The position numbers and the translations under genes were made by a program. A stretch of DNA of 64,000 nt, taken from an uncultured Actinomycetes bacterium (GTDB lineage: Bacteria > Actinomycetota > Coriobacteriia > Anaerosomatales > CAWKMJ01). Location of the stretch: assembly GCA_963850695.1 (NCBI GenBank), contig CAWKMJ010000001.1, positions 931,578-995,577 of the forward strand, in the 5' to 3' direction. The notes under the pieces were generated by a model, which searched no databases, had not been told where the DNA came from, and saw nothing but the letters and a program-made list of their open reading frames with translations. Below are positions 1-9,848 of the stretch, in pieces (position 1 is the first letter of the stretch; every line of letters begins with the position of its first letter).

Positions 1-566
1 GTCCCAACAACATCATGAGCGCGACCATCGGCATGATGCACGGCTATCCCAAGGCGCTGCGCTTCATCCTCGGCGTCGTCTGCGGGTTCTCGGTCATCAT
101 GATCTTGGGAGCGGTGGTGGCCAACGCCCTGCTCGCAGTGGTTCCCGCGATCCAGCCGCTGCTCAAGTACGTCGGCGCCGCCTACATCCTGTGGCTTGCC
201 TGGGTCACGTGGTCACACCGCGACGACTTCGGGGGGCAAGACGACGCCGAGCTGACCCGCAGCCAAGGCTTCGTGGGCGGATTCGCCCTGCAGTTCGCCA
301 ACCCCAAGGCCATGACGTACGCCCTGGTCCTGTTCTCGACGTTCCTCTCCGGCGTGATCGGCAACGTCGTGCTCGTGCTGGTCACCGCAGCCGCGCTGGC
401 CGGTGTCGCCTTCCTCGCCACATCCACGTGGGCGCTGGCCGGGGCCGCGATCCGCCGCTGGCTCAAGACCGACCGACAGCGCGCCATCGCGGCGGGCATC
501 CTCGCCGCTGCCCTTGTGTACACGGCGATCGAACTCGCGGAGCTGCCCACGCTCCTCTTCGGCTAG
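1..566 (+). CDS. LysE/RhtB-family amino-acid exporter (5' end off the window)
   Basis: ORF 15..566. The frame stays open back to nt 3 (..PNNIMSATIG..), so the family's PGPNN-type N-terminal motif sits at the window edge. Multiple hydrophobic helices and an AAYILWLAW segment are typical of LysE translocators. Confidence 0.7.
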   Translation, partial: PNNIMSATIGMMHGYPKALRFILGVVCGFSVIMILGAVVANALLAVVPAIQPLLKYVGAAYILWLAWVTWSHRDDFGGQDDAELTRSQGFVGGFALQFANPKAMTYALVLFSTFLSGVIGNVVLVLVTAAALAGVAFLATSTWALAGAAIRRWLKTDRQRAIAAGILAAALVYTAIELAELPTLLFG

Positions 567-645
567 ACGCGCTTGTCTCGGCTCGGCAGGCCATGGGAGA
601 CTGTGAGCGCAGGTCGGCCCGCGTGTGTTCGATTGGGGGAATCAT

Positions 646-863
646 CGTGGAACCGCTACTCCTACTCGCCATCGTCTTGTGGATCTATGGCGCGGCGGTG
701 CATCGTGATCGCGCTCTTCCGCCCGAAGTCTGTGTGGGGACTCGCCAAGATCCAGGGCTTCGTGAAGCTCCTCGGGCAGACGGGCACCGTCATCTTCTTC
801 ATCGTGTGGGGGTTGGCAGCCATCGTGGGCGGCTACTTCGCCTACATCAACGCTGATCTGTAG
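646..863 (+). CDS. small 2-TM membrane protein, hypothetical (possible frameshift near 700)
   Basis: GTG at 646 is preceded by GGGGGAA and gives VEPLLLLAIVLWIYGAAV. This continues after a 1-nt shift into the 573..863 frame (IVIALFRPKSVWGLAKIQGFVKLLGQTGTVIFFIVWGLAAIVGGYFAYINADL). No homology recognised. Confidence 0.35.
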
Positions 864-877
864 TTCTCGCGCGAGGG

Positions 878-1339
878 CTAGAGCTCCCGGGTCTCGCCGT
901 CGAGGCTCACCACGGAGAACGGCCACGAGCAGCCAAGCCACTCGATGACGAACGCCTCCAGCTCTGACTCCAAGCCCGTCCCGAGCTCGTCGGTTCTCAC
1001 CCAGGACCGGATGTCGGCCTCGGTGCCCTCGGCCACGGGCGGATCCACGTACACACAGCCGAGGAGTCGAGACTCATCCGGCGCCATGACCGCGTAGGTG
1101 AAGGTGGAGCCGATCTGGCCCTCCTTCTGATGCCAGGCGAGATCGATGAGGTCTTGCTCCAACGAGAGATCCGGTGCCGGCCAACCCCACAGCTCACCGA
1201 AACGGTCCCACAGCTGTTCGCGACTGGACATGACTGCGTCGTAGTCCTTGACCACGTCGTGGATGGTGATCGGCCGTAGACGGAAACGAGCCGTCTCCTC
1301 GGCCTGGGGAACGCTGAAGTCTGGGGGCAGGAACGTCAT
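878..1339 (-). CDS. GNAT-family N-acetyltransferase-like protein
   Basis: C-terminal 153 codons of ORF 878..1915, starting at MTFLPPDF (ATG at 1339). The pattern FRLRPITIHDVVKDYDAVMSS...LLGCVYVDP resembles GNAT-annotated actinobacterial proteins. The upstream part of the long ORF is low-complexity and probably non-coding. Confidence 0.6.
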   Translation of the reverse strand: MTFLPPDFSVPQAEETARFRLRPITIHDVVKDYDAVMSSREQLWDRFGELWGWPAPDLSLEQDLIDLAWHQKEGQIGSTFTYAVMAPDESRLLGCVYVDPPVAEGTEADIRSWVRTDELGTGLESELEAFVIEWLGCSWPFSVVSLDGETREL

Positions 1340-1544
1340 GCGGGACTCCTTGGTGGTACCGGAACCGTCTCGGACTCGCTGCACCAGGATACGACACCGG
1401 ATGGCCAGGCCGGCCTCGGCAGATCGGCTAGCTGGTGTGATCGCGGCGCTGGCCGCCCGGGCCTCGGCCAGTGTTTTCGGCGGATTCCACACGGGAATAC
1501 TCGCTGCGCAGGCTACAGCGGCAATCGTCTCGTGGGAGGGGAAC

Positions 1545-2385
1545 GTGACGACGGCAAGCGACAGCACCAGCTCGTCCTGCCCCCAGTGCGGAGCCCCCGG
1601 TGAGCCGGGACCCTTCTGCACGGTCTGCGGGGCCAGCGTAGCCGAGACGGGCCACGCGAACGGCTCGTTCTGTCCCCAGTGCGGCGCAGCGGACGAGCCG
1701 GGACCGTTCTGCACGGTGTGCGGTGCGAACGGTAGCAGAAGCGCCCGCCGCGACCCCGACCCCCCAGCAGGCCGCACCCACGACATCGACGGTACCCGCC
1801 ACACCCGCTCCCGCCACCCCGACGAGCGCGCCCCCGACCGGTGCGCCGGTCGCGCCACAGCCGGCGAAACGACGCCGTGGCTGCTGCCTTGGCTGCTCGG
1901 CTGTCGTCCTAGCACTCCTCCTGGGATGCGCGGGCACGTCGCTCTTCTTCGCTCTCAGGAAGTCACCTGCCGAGCGACTGCTCACCGGCACGCCGGATCG
2001 CGTTGCTGCCGAGGAGATCCTTGCCGACATGCAGGCCAGCGGGCTGGACACGACCGGAGTCGACGTCGTCGTCATGCCGATCGGAGACACCGGAGGCAAG
2101 CTCGCCTACGCCAGCGTGGACATGACACTGGACCGCCCGACTACAGAGGACCCGGTCAACGACTACCTCGTGGGACTTGCCACGGGCGACGCGGCCGAGG
2201 AGTACGGGGTGAGCCGAGCAGCGATCGACATGGTCGGGCCGGACGGCGCTCCCTCGATATCGGTCACCGCAGACGCCGAGAGCATCGCCGCCTTCGCGAA
2301 CGGGACGATGAGTCGCGATGAGTTCCTGGGCGAGGTCGATGGCAAGCTGAGCCCTGTCGAGGCAGCGACGGCGGTGCTGCAATGA
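1545..2385 (+). pseudogene. double zinc-ribbon, single-TM membrane protein (frame break near 1725)
   Basis: GTG at 1545 follows GGGAGGGG. There are two CPQCG..(9)..CTVCG ribbons in frame 3 (ORF 1248..2321). After a shift it continues in ORF 1723..2385 with a Pro/Ala/Thr linker, a TM helix (CCLGCSAVVLALLLGCAGTSLFF) and an extracytoplasmic domain. Confidence 0.65.
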
Positions 2386-3061
2386 GCGGGAGCCGACTCC
2401 TCAAGACGCTGGCAGCCCTGTGCCTGGCGGCGATCGTCGCAACGAATCTCGCCGGCTGCACGCCCGAGATGCAGTCGCTGATGATGGAGTACAAGGACGA
2501 CTGGGTCGCGAAGAAGACCAAGGAGGTCGGTATCGGCGGCATGGTCACCGGAGTACTGTGGGGCACCACCGGCGATGATGAGGCAGACGCCGCTCTGGAC
2601 GCCTACACGGCCGTGAAGTCCATCGTCGAGGGCGACAAGCTGATCGAGCGAGCGCAGTACGCCATGGACATGGGCAGACACACCGGCCGCCTGGGACACT
2701 CTCAAAGAGGCCCGCCAGGCCCGACCCAACGACTGGTCGTACATGTACAAGGAGATGGCGTGGGAGTTCGCTGCGGACGATTCGGGTAACGCGGTGAGCC
2801 TGTCCGAGCAAGCCCGTGAGTCTCTCGGCCAATCAGGGTGCGAATCCCGTCGCGGTCTACACCAGCGCGATCGACGAACTCACGGCCGTGCAGTCCCATG
2901 TGCAGGACTCGTCCAACGACACGAAGCGCGCCTACTTCAGCCAGCTCTCGCAGTACTACTCTGTGCGTGCGGAGGAGCACCAGAAGACCGGCAACACGCA
3001 GCAGGCAGCGGCAGACAACCAGATGGCCGAGGACATGGCCTACACCGCAGAGGGCTACTAG
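2382..3061 (+). pseudogene. lipoprotein, hypothetical (two frame breaks)
   Basis: Signal peptide plus lipobox (LAAIVATNLAGC). The ATGA start overlaps the upstream stop. Fragments 2382..2789, 2743.. (TPAAWDTLKEARQ..MYKEMAWEFAADDSGNAVSLSEQARE) and 2816..3061 join into one protein. Confidence 0.6.
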
Positions 3062-3092
3062 CAGCTCGAAACGTTGGCCCCGCTTCAACCGC

Positions 3093-3521
3093 CTACGTCA
3101 GCCAGTACTGCGACTGGGAGCGACTGCTCATGAACGATCTGCGAGCCTCGGACTCCTCGCTCAGGCGTTCGAACGCATCATCCATCGACCTGAGTCGGCC
3201 GGCCAGCGTCTCGAGGAGCTGCCTGACGACGGGATCGCACTGCATCATCTCGAGTGTGTCCCCGCTGATGACGCGAACCTCGACCGGGCCCACAGCGCGA
3301 GCCGATGCCGAGCGAGGCTTGTCGTCGAAGAGAGCCATCTCTCCGAAGAAGTCATCCGGGCCGAGTGTCGCCAGCTCGGTCTCGGTGCCATCGTTGTCCC
3401 GATAGATGCGAACGGCACCCTCGAACACGACGTACATCTCGGACGCCTTGTCTCCGCGCCTGAAGATGACCTCGCCATCTGCGAAGTGCCGACGCTGCCT
3501 GCGCTCGATACTGTGATCCAT
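3093..3521 (-). CDS. stand-alone cyclic-nucleotide-binding (cNMP/Crp-like effector) domain protein, no HTH
   Basis: 142 aa, intact. Motifs GDKASEMYVVFEGAVRIY..GPDDFFGEMALFDDKPRSASARA are the classic cNMP beta-barrel and phosphate-binding cassette. No DNA-binding domain follows. Confidence 0.8.
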   Translation of the reverse strand: MDHSIERRQRRHFADGEVIFRRGDKASEMYVVFEGAVRIYRDNDGTETELATLGPDDFFGEMALFDDKPRSASARAVGPVEVRVISGDTLEMMQCDPVVRQLLETLAGRLRSMDDAFERLSEESEARRSFMSSRSQSQYWLT

Positions 3522-3877
3522 GTGTTTCCCCCGCCTTGATGCTATCGGGTTCGGCCCTCGGACTGCATACGATGCCGCCGTCCGTGACCGACCCCCTCTC
3601 TCCTGACCTTCCTATTCCCCAAACGCACGCCCATTCCTTGTGCGCCGACCGCCGGGAGCGGGCGGGTACCATGCCGCTGGCCCCCGTCGTCGACCTACTC
3701 GGGCCTGGCGAACACGACAATCGGTCATCGGACTCCCTCTCGCCCGCCGCGGCGCTGCGCACTCACATGCTACGCATATCCCCGCACGGGAAGCCGGGGG
3801 TGTCTCGATGCGAGCGGAGTTCTGCGACGCTGTAGGGAGTGTTCACGCGCCAGCCTGGACGCCGCCCGAAGGGGCGC

Positions 3878-6706
3878 CTAGTACTGCAGTCGAATGACCG
3901 CGCCCGGCGTGTTCACGAGGACACTTGGGAACGTGGTCGAGTCCTGGTCGTAGAAGCCCGCACCCGGATCCCAGTACTGGTAGTACACATAGACCCAGTA
4001 CGGCGTGGCGGAGACGGGAAGCACGATGTCATCCACGCCGTCCCACGGGCCCGCGCGGTATCCCGTCGAAACGATCGGGCCGGAGGGCCCGCCGGCTCTG
4101 ATCGTCCAATCGGCCCACTCGCCAGCGCCTGGGGCATGGGCCGGATTCACGTCGGCGTCCCACCACACGAGGCGTAGCGTTGCCGGTGCCCACGATGGTG
4201 AAGTTCACGGTGTTGGTCGCCTCGACGTTGCCCGCAGTAGTCCTCAGACCAGAACCTGAGGGTGTGCGGCTGGGGGCTGGAGCCCACTCGCGGAACGTGG
4301 ACCGAGGTCCCCGTCTGTATGGGACCGCTGTCGACCTGGTAGTAGGTGGCCATGACGCCCGGACGAGCCGTTGTCGGTAGCCGTCAGGGTGATGTTGGCG
4401 TTGCCTGTGTAGGTTGCCTGCGCGTTCGAGGTCGTCACCGGAGGCGTAGTGTCTGCAGTGACGGTGAAGTTCGCAGTCTTGTGCGGCGATCTCCTCGTTG
4501 CCCGCCTGATCCACCGACCAGAACTCGAGCGTGTGGGCACCAGGCGCGGACACGATCGGCGCGCGAACCCGACTGAGTTGCCCCGCCATCGACCTCGTAG
4601 AACGTCGTCCCCACACCGATGAGCCCGTTGTCTGTGATCGAGAACGTGATGTTGGCCCCGCCGACATAGGATGCCTGGGCATCCGATGTCGTGACCGGCG
4701 GTGTTGTGTCGCCTCCGCTGACCCCGGCGTGACAGTTCGCGCACGAGGATGGGCGGGACCTCCCAGCTCGGAGACGCGTGGCACTCGGTGCACTCGACTC
4801 GTCGACCTGAGGCGATAGTGCGCTGTCCCTGAGTCCGCGTGATACGTGGTGTGGCACCCGCCCTGCTGACAGCCCCCCGACCAGGCTCCGAGCGTGTCGA
4901 ACGGAGACGGATGGCATGTGGACATTGGTTCCCGTGGATGGGGCCGAGCTCGGTGCCGTGGCACTGGCTGCAGGCGACGTAGACCTCGCCGTCGCCGATC
5001 ATGGCGCTGTCGTGCTGGCCTGCGGCATAGATCAGCACCCAGCCGCTGCCCGGTGCGGCGGTGTGCTCTGCCGCCTCATAGCCGTGTGCCACGAGCTTGT
5101 CCGGGTGGCAGGTCCCGCAGTCGTTGGTCAGCGGCGTGACGCCATGACACGAATCGCAACCGGCGGGAGCGGCTGCGTGAATCGCCGCAGCATCTCCGCC
5201 GGGATGACAGTCGGTGCAAGCGGCGTAGGCCGCAGGGATGTCGTGTCCGTCTCCGCCGGTCGCGCCCTCATGGTATGTCTCCTGGACCCAGTGGCAGCGC
5301 TGACACACAGCGTCGAGATTGTCCGGACCTACCGTGACGGTCTCGTCGATCACTGTCGGATTGAGTCCTGCCACGTCGACCGAGTAGCTGCCGAGCATCT
5401 TGTAGCCATCGGCCTCCCCCGAGTGCGGGAAGTCAGAGTCGACGTATTCGACTGCGCCGGAATCAAACCTGTTCACGGCGTAGTTGCCGGTGCCGTAGTG
5501 ACACTGCGAGCACGCATCGCCTGAGGCCACCGGCGGAAGGTCTGCTCGATGACAGCTATAGCATTGCCCGGGCCCGCTGAAGGCCCCGACGTAGGGAGCA
5601 GGATGAGTCCTCTCGGTATGTGCCTTGAAGCCGAGTTCGACGTCTGCGAGCTCGTAGGAGCCACCGATGTTGAGATTGTGGCAGTCCGCGCACCAGACGG
5701 AGAGAGCTGCGGTGTTGACGGCGTTGGCGTCACGGTCGGAGCCGGACTCGTCCCCGGCAACGGGGCCGATCTGCTGCGCCACCCAGGCGGGAGCCGCGTA
5801 CTCGGAGCCGAAGTCATCGGTCACCGTGAACTCGGCAGAGACGTTGTCGCTGTAGGTCGCACCAGCGGTGAGCGTGGTCTCGGGCGACCTTCACGACCTG
5901 GCCGGGATCGTAGTTGCCGTAGGTGTTGGCCGACCCGGTCGTCGTGCCGGACGGGAAGAGCTTGAGGAGCTTGTAGCCGCTGCTTCGGGTCGCGCTCGTT
6001 CGGTCCGTACCCACATCGATCTCGTAGGGACGCCAGACCTGGGCCGTGGCGTTGTGGGTCTGGTGGCAGTTCATGCAACGCAGGGCCAGCGGGCCCGACC
6101 TTGCTGTAGCCCGAGCGACCTGTACCCCAATCGCCGTGGCCATGATGGCGCGTGAAGCGGTACATCGACGCCTTGGTGGCGTCGTACGCACGAACCTGGA
6201 TGTCTTCAGAGATCGGGTTCATCGGCCGCATCGACGGAGTCAGCGTGACGGCCTCGGTCCACTGGCTGACCGAGGAGTCAGGGATGGCCGTGCTGGCGCC
6301 GATCGTGTGCCCGTTCTCGGTGTACTTGCCGTAGTCATAGACGACCCGCGAGCTGTGAGCCGAACCGCCGATGTGGCAGTAGTCGCATGCGTCGTCCTGG
6401 GAATCAGCGCGAAGCAGGTAGTAGGCGCCTTCGGCGCGGTGCACGGCGTGGCAGACCTTGCACTTGTTGGTCGTCGTGTCATACCCACCGTGCGGATTGT
6501 CATAGTCGCCGACGAACTCGGTGTCTGTCGAACGCTGCGTAGCCACCTTCATACTTGGCGGAGACGTCCTGGAGATCCTGGTACGAGAATGCGGATGCTC
6601 CGTCGGGAGCGATGACCGAGGGCGGTGCGGCGGCTGCGGCCGCCGGAGCAACGAGGCCGAGACACAGTGCGAGAAGGAAGACATACCGTATAGCGTTCTT
6701 CCGCAC
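3878..6706 (-). pseudogene. multihaem c-type cytochrome, paralog A (at least 13 CXXCH + CQQGGCH), with 2 Ig-like modules and a C-terminal beta-rich domain; many frame breaks
   Basis: GTG at 6706 follows GGAGGTGA. Signal peptide RKNAIRYVFLLALCLGLVAPAAAAAA. Fragments joined: 6500..6757, 5821..6684, 5814..6191, 4244..5824, 4435..4917, 4029..4964, 4147..4353, 3878..4168. Haem motifs: CKVCH CDYCH CMNCH CADCH CYSCH CSQCH CQRCH CTDCH CDSCH CGTCH CSQCH CTECH CANCH, plus one at a frameshift junction (..QC..TCH). Two TTPPVTTS(D/N)AQA..HTL(E/R)FWS.D.(A)GN.E modules. Confidence 0.8.
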
Positions 6707-6750
6707 CGCGTTCACCTCCTGGCATCCACGCCCTATCCCCTGATGCCAGC

Positions 6751-6798
6751 ATTCCATCCCGAGCTCGAATGTTCCTCAACATTGCTTAATGTGGAATA
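6751..6798. promoter_or_regulatory. nested inverted repeat in an AT-rich island of the divergent cytochrome promoter region
   Basis: ATTCCA(6751-56)..AATGTT(6768-73)-CCTC-AACATT(6778-83)..TGGAAT(6793-98). This is the only AT-rich patch in the 234-bp region between the two cytochrome starts (6706 and 6941). Confidence 0.4.
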
Positions 6799-6940
6799 AG
6801 AGTTGTACCAGAGCTTGCTCTGACGGTTCGCACACTCCTCCGTGTCGCCGCCCTGCTCGAGAGACGTAGTACGATTGGCGTGCGCCCGAGCCGCCTGCGG
6901 CGGCACAGCGGCTCTGTTCGCACAACGCACTCCGGCCCTC

Positions 6941-9271
6941 ATGCAACTAGGAGCACTGGTGTCAAAGGGGTCAGTCAAGCTCGCAACAGTCATCGTGCTG
7001 GCAATGTGTTCGCTCCCCATGGTCGCGGACATCGCCGCGGCCTACCCCGACGAACTCCCCGACTACACCGGAGATCTCCCGCGCACGCAGTGCGTCGACT
7101 GCCACAGCGCATCAGGGCCAGACATCCTGAACCCCGGATCGGATCCTGTGCTTCTCGCTGCGGTTCGCAAGGGTCCTCATGGCGGCTACACGACCGGCAC
7201 GAGCAAGTGCCAGACGTGTCATGAGCTGCACGACGCACCGGTCGACGGTCTCAAGCTGCTTCCCGGCGAGACCATCAAGGACACCTGCGAGTCGTGTCAT
7301 GACGGGACCGGCGGCACAGCCGTGTACGGAGTCATCGAGGCGAGAACGGGCCAGGCGCCCGCCTCGGCACACCGAATCGAAGTGACGAGCACGATTCCCG
7401 GCGGTGATGCGGGAGGCGGCTCTCTGACCGGCTCCTTCATGGGCCCGGATGGGACGCTCACGTGCAGCGACTGTCACTCACCCCATGATTCCGATACCGT
7501 GCAGCCGTTCACCGGTGATCGCCTGAGGTCCACGGTCGCAAGTGACCCTGCGTACGAGACCAAGACCAACCGGCTGCTCAGGCAGGCCCCCTCCGGATCG
7601 GCGACCGAAACGGCGGTCTACGGAGCCGGCTGGTGTGCCACATGTCACACGGGACGGGCGAGCCAACATGCCACCGACTCGGGTGCCATGCAGGATCACC
7701 CGGTCATGCAGGACGACCACTACACCTACGACGAGCTGCCCGTGGTGACGGGGGTGGCGTCGACCGACACGACGATCGGGGCTCTGGGCCAGAGCAACCG
7801 AGGCTACGTGATGCCCGACGATCCAGGCGGCGCACCTCTAGAGAAGAGCGCGCTTCAGGAGGGATACGCTCCCCTGTGTCAGCAGTGTCACGAGGACGCC
7901 CGCAACGTCGGGCCTTCGGTCCGCGAGACCAATCCGGTCCTCGTGAACGCCTCGCAGGAGTTCCTCGTGACTCAACCGGACGGGGCGAGCGCCACCGACA
8001 ACCCGCGCTTCCAGGTCTTCCCGCACGAGAGCGACGCCGAGAGCTTCCTCGTGCGCCGCCCAGCCCGTCCACCGATCCCTACATCCTATGTCTGGGATGC
8101 CACTCGCTTATGCATGACGCGACGCCGGGAAGCGACTGGGTGACCATCTTCGCTCCTGGCCAGCATGATTCCGCTCTTCCGGGTTGGCCCAACGCCCCCT
8201 ACCAGGTGTATGCGGACTGCACGATATGCCACACCACGAAGACTCACCGACGCACATGGGGACCAGTGCGAGACCTGCCATCCCGCCCCCTACGACACGC
8301 TCGGAACGTGGACCGGAACGTGCCAAGAGGGAGGTTGCCACGCGACCATCCATGCTGGCTCCCCCGACGCACACGATCCCTGGTCAGCGTCGAGTGGGGG
8401 CGGCTGCGGGACCTGCCACGGACCTCCCGCGTTCTCGGTGACAGACGACAGGTGTGACAACTGCCACTCGGTGTTCAACCCGAGCGATGCCACCCCACCC
8501 GTCACCACATCCGATGCTCAAGCGAGCTACGTGGGCGCTGCCGGCATCGAGTTCACCATCACCGAGGGTGGCAAGGTGGGCATCGGCACCACGTTCTCCA
8601 AAGTCGATGGCGGACCGGTCGTCGTGGGAAGCAGCATCGTGGTCAGCACTCCCGGAACGCACACGCTCGAGTTCTGGTCGATCGATCAGGCTGGCAACGT
8701 CGAGACGCCGGCGAACACTGCGACCTTCACGATCAGTGCGGACACCACGCCGCCGGTGACGACATCGAACGCCGTGTCCACCTACTACTACTATCCCGCC
8801 CAGATCACGTTCTCTGCGACTGACGCAAGCTCGCTGGGAGTGAAGGCGACGTACTACTCGCTCGACGGCGGTGCGACACAGACAGGGACACGCCTCACGG
8901 TCCCCGCCGTCTCCGGCGTCGTGACGCACACCGTCGAGTTCTGGTCCGAGGACTGGTCGGGCAACGTCGAGGCGACCAAGACCGCGAACTTCACCGTGAT
9001 CGGAGGGACCGGGACGGTGCGATTCAACTCCGGCCCGCTCGGAGCGGGCGACTGGGTGGACTGGCTGGTGTGGAGAGGGCCTCGCGACGCGACGCCCGAC
9101 TACGTCGTGTCTCAGGTAGGTCCCTACAACGGCTACGATGACCTGGCTCTCCCCGTGAGTGCGACGCAGTACTACATCGTCGTCTCCTGGGGAACGCCGT
9201 CCGAGCCCTACGATGAATCTGTCATCGGCTACATCACGATAGACAGCCCTGACGACTTCTTCAGCTTCTAG
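6941..9271 (+). pseudogene. multihaem c-type cytochrome, paralog B (11 CXXCH + CQEGGCH), with 2 Ig-like modules and a C-terminal beta-rich domain; two frame breaks
   Basis: ATG at 6941. Signal peptide KGSVKLATVIVLAMCSLPMVADIAAA. Fragments 6842..8143, 7633..8457 and 8165..9271, with shifts near 8055 and 8240. Haem motifs: CVDCH CQTCH CESCH CSDCH CATCH CQQCH CLGCH CTICH CETCH CGTCH CDNCH. The N-terminus (GPHGGYTTGTSKCQTCHELH) parallels paralog A (NPHGGYDTTTNKCKVCHAVH). Confidence 0.85.
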
Positions 9272-9353
9272 CGGCGCCTTCTGGCGTGCCTTCGTGATCC
9301 ATCCGGACTTGCTGAAGCGCATCTGGCCGTAGAGCGAATACCCAGTAGGACCC

Positions 9354-9848
9354 TTACTCGCGAAGCTCCCGATACCGGTAGAGCAGGCCGCCGCCGAGGA
9401 CCATACCCACCAAGCCCACGAGCCCGCGCATAGGCACCGGGTCGTGGGTGCGGGGGCCCCCTACCGAGAGGATCTCGATGCTCTCGGCATGCACATCGAA
9501 CTCGCCGCCGTGCTGCTCACACGTCATGTGAAGCGTGCCTGTCACTCGCACGTAGTCGCCGTCGTATTTGTAGCTGCCGAGATACTCGATCGGCTCGAGC
9601 ATGTCTTCGGTCGCCCACATGCCCAGGCCGACCTCGTCCCCGAGCACGTTGAGCCATTTGCCGCCACCCATAGTGCGAAGCACATCGCCGACTGCCTCCC
9701 CCTCGACGACGATCGCGGAGCCATCCATGGAGGGACTCATCACCACGACCTCGGCGGGCGAGAGCGCCTCCTCGGCCGCGTCGGCGGCCAGCGGCCACGC
9801 GATCACGAGAACGGTCGAGAGAGCGGCCATGAGCAGAAGCCGCTTCAT
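9354..9848 (-). CDS. exported protein with C-terminal TM anchor, hypothetical
   Basis: 164 aa, intact. Signal peptide MKRLLLMAALSTVLVIAWPLAADA and a C-terminal helix GLVGLVGMVLGGGLLY. Its ATGA start overlaps the trkH stop, indicating translational coupling. Confidence 0.6.
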   Translation of the reverse strand: MKRLLLMAALSTVLVIAWPLAADAAEEALSPAEVVVMSPSMDGSAIVVEGEAVGDVLRTMGGGKWLNVLGDEVGLGMWATEDMLEPIEYLGSYKYDGDYVRVTGTLHMTCEQHGGEFDVHAESIEILSVGGPRTHDPVPMRGLVGLVGMVLGGGLLYRYRELRE

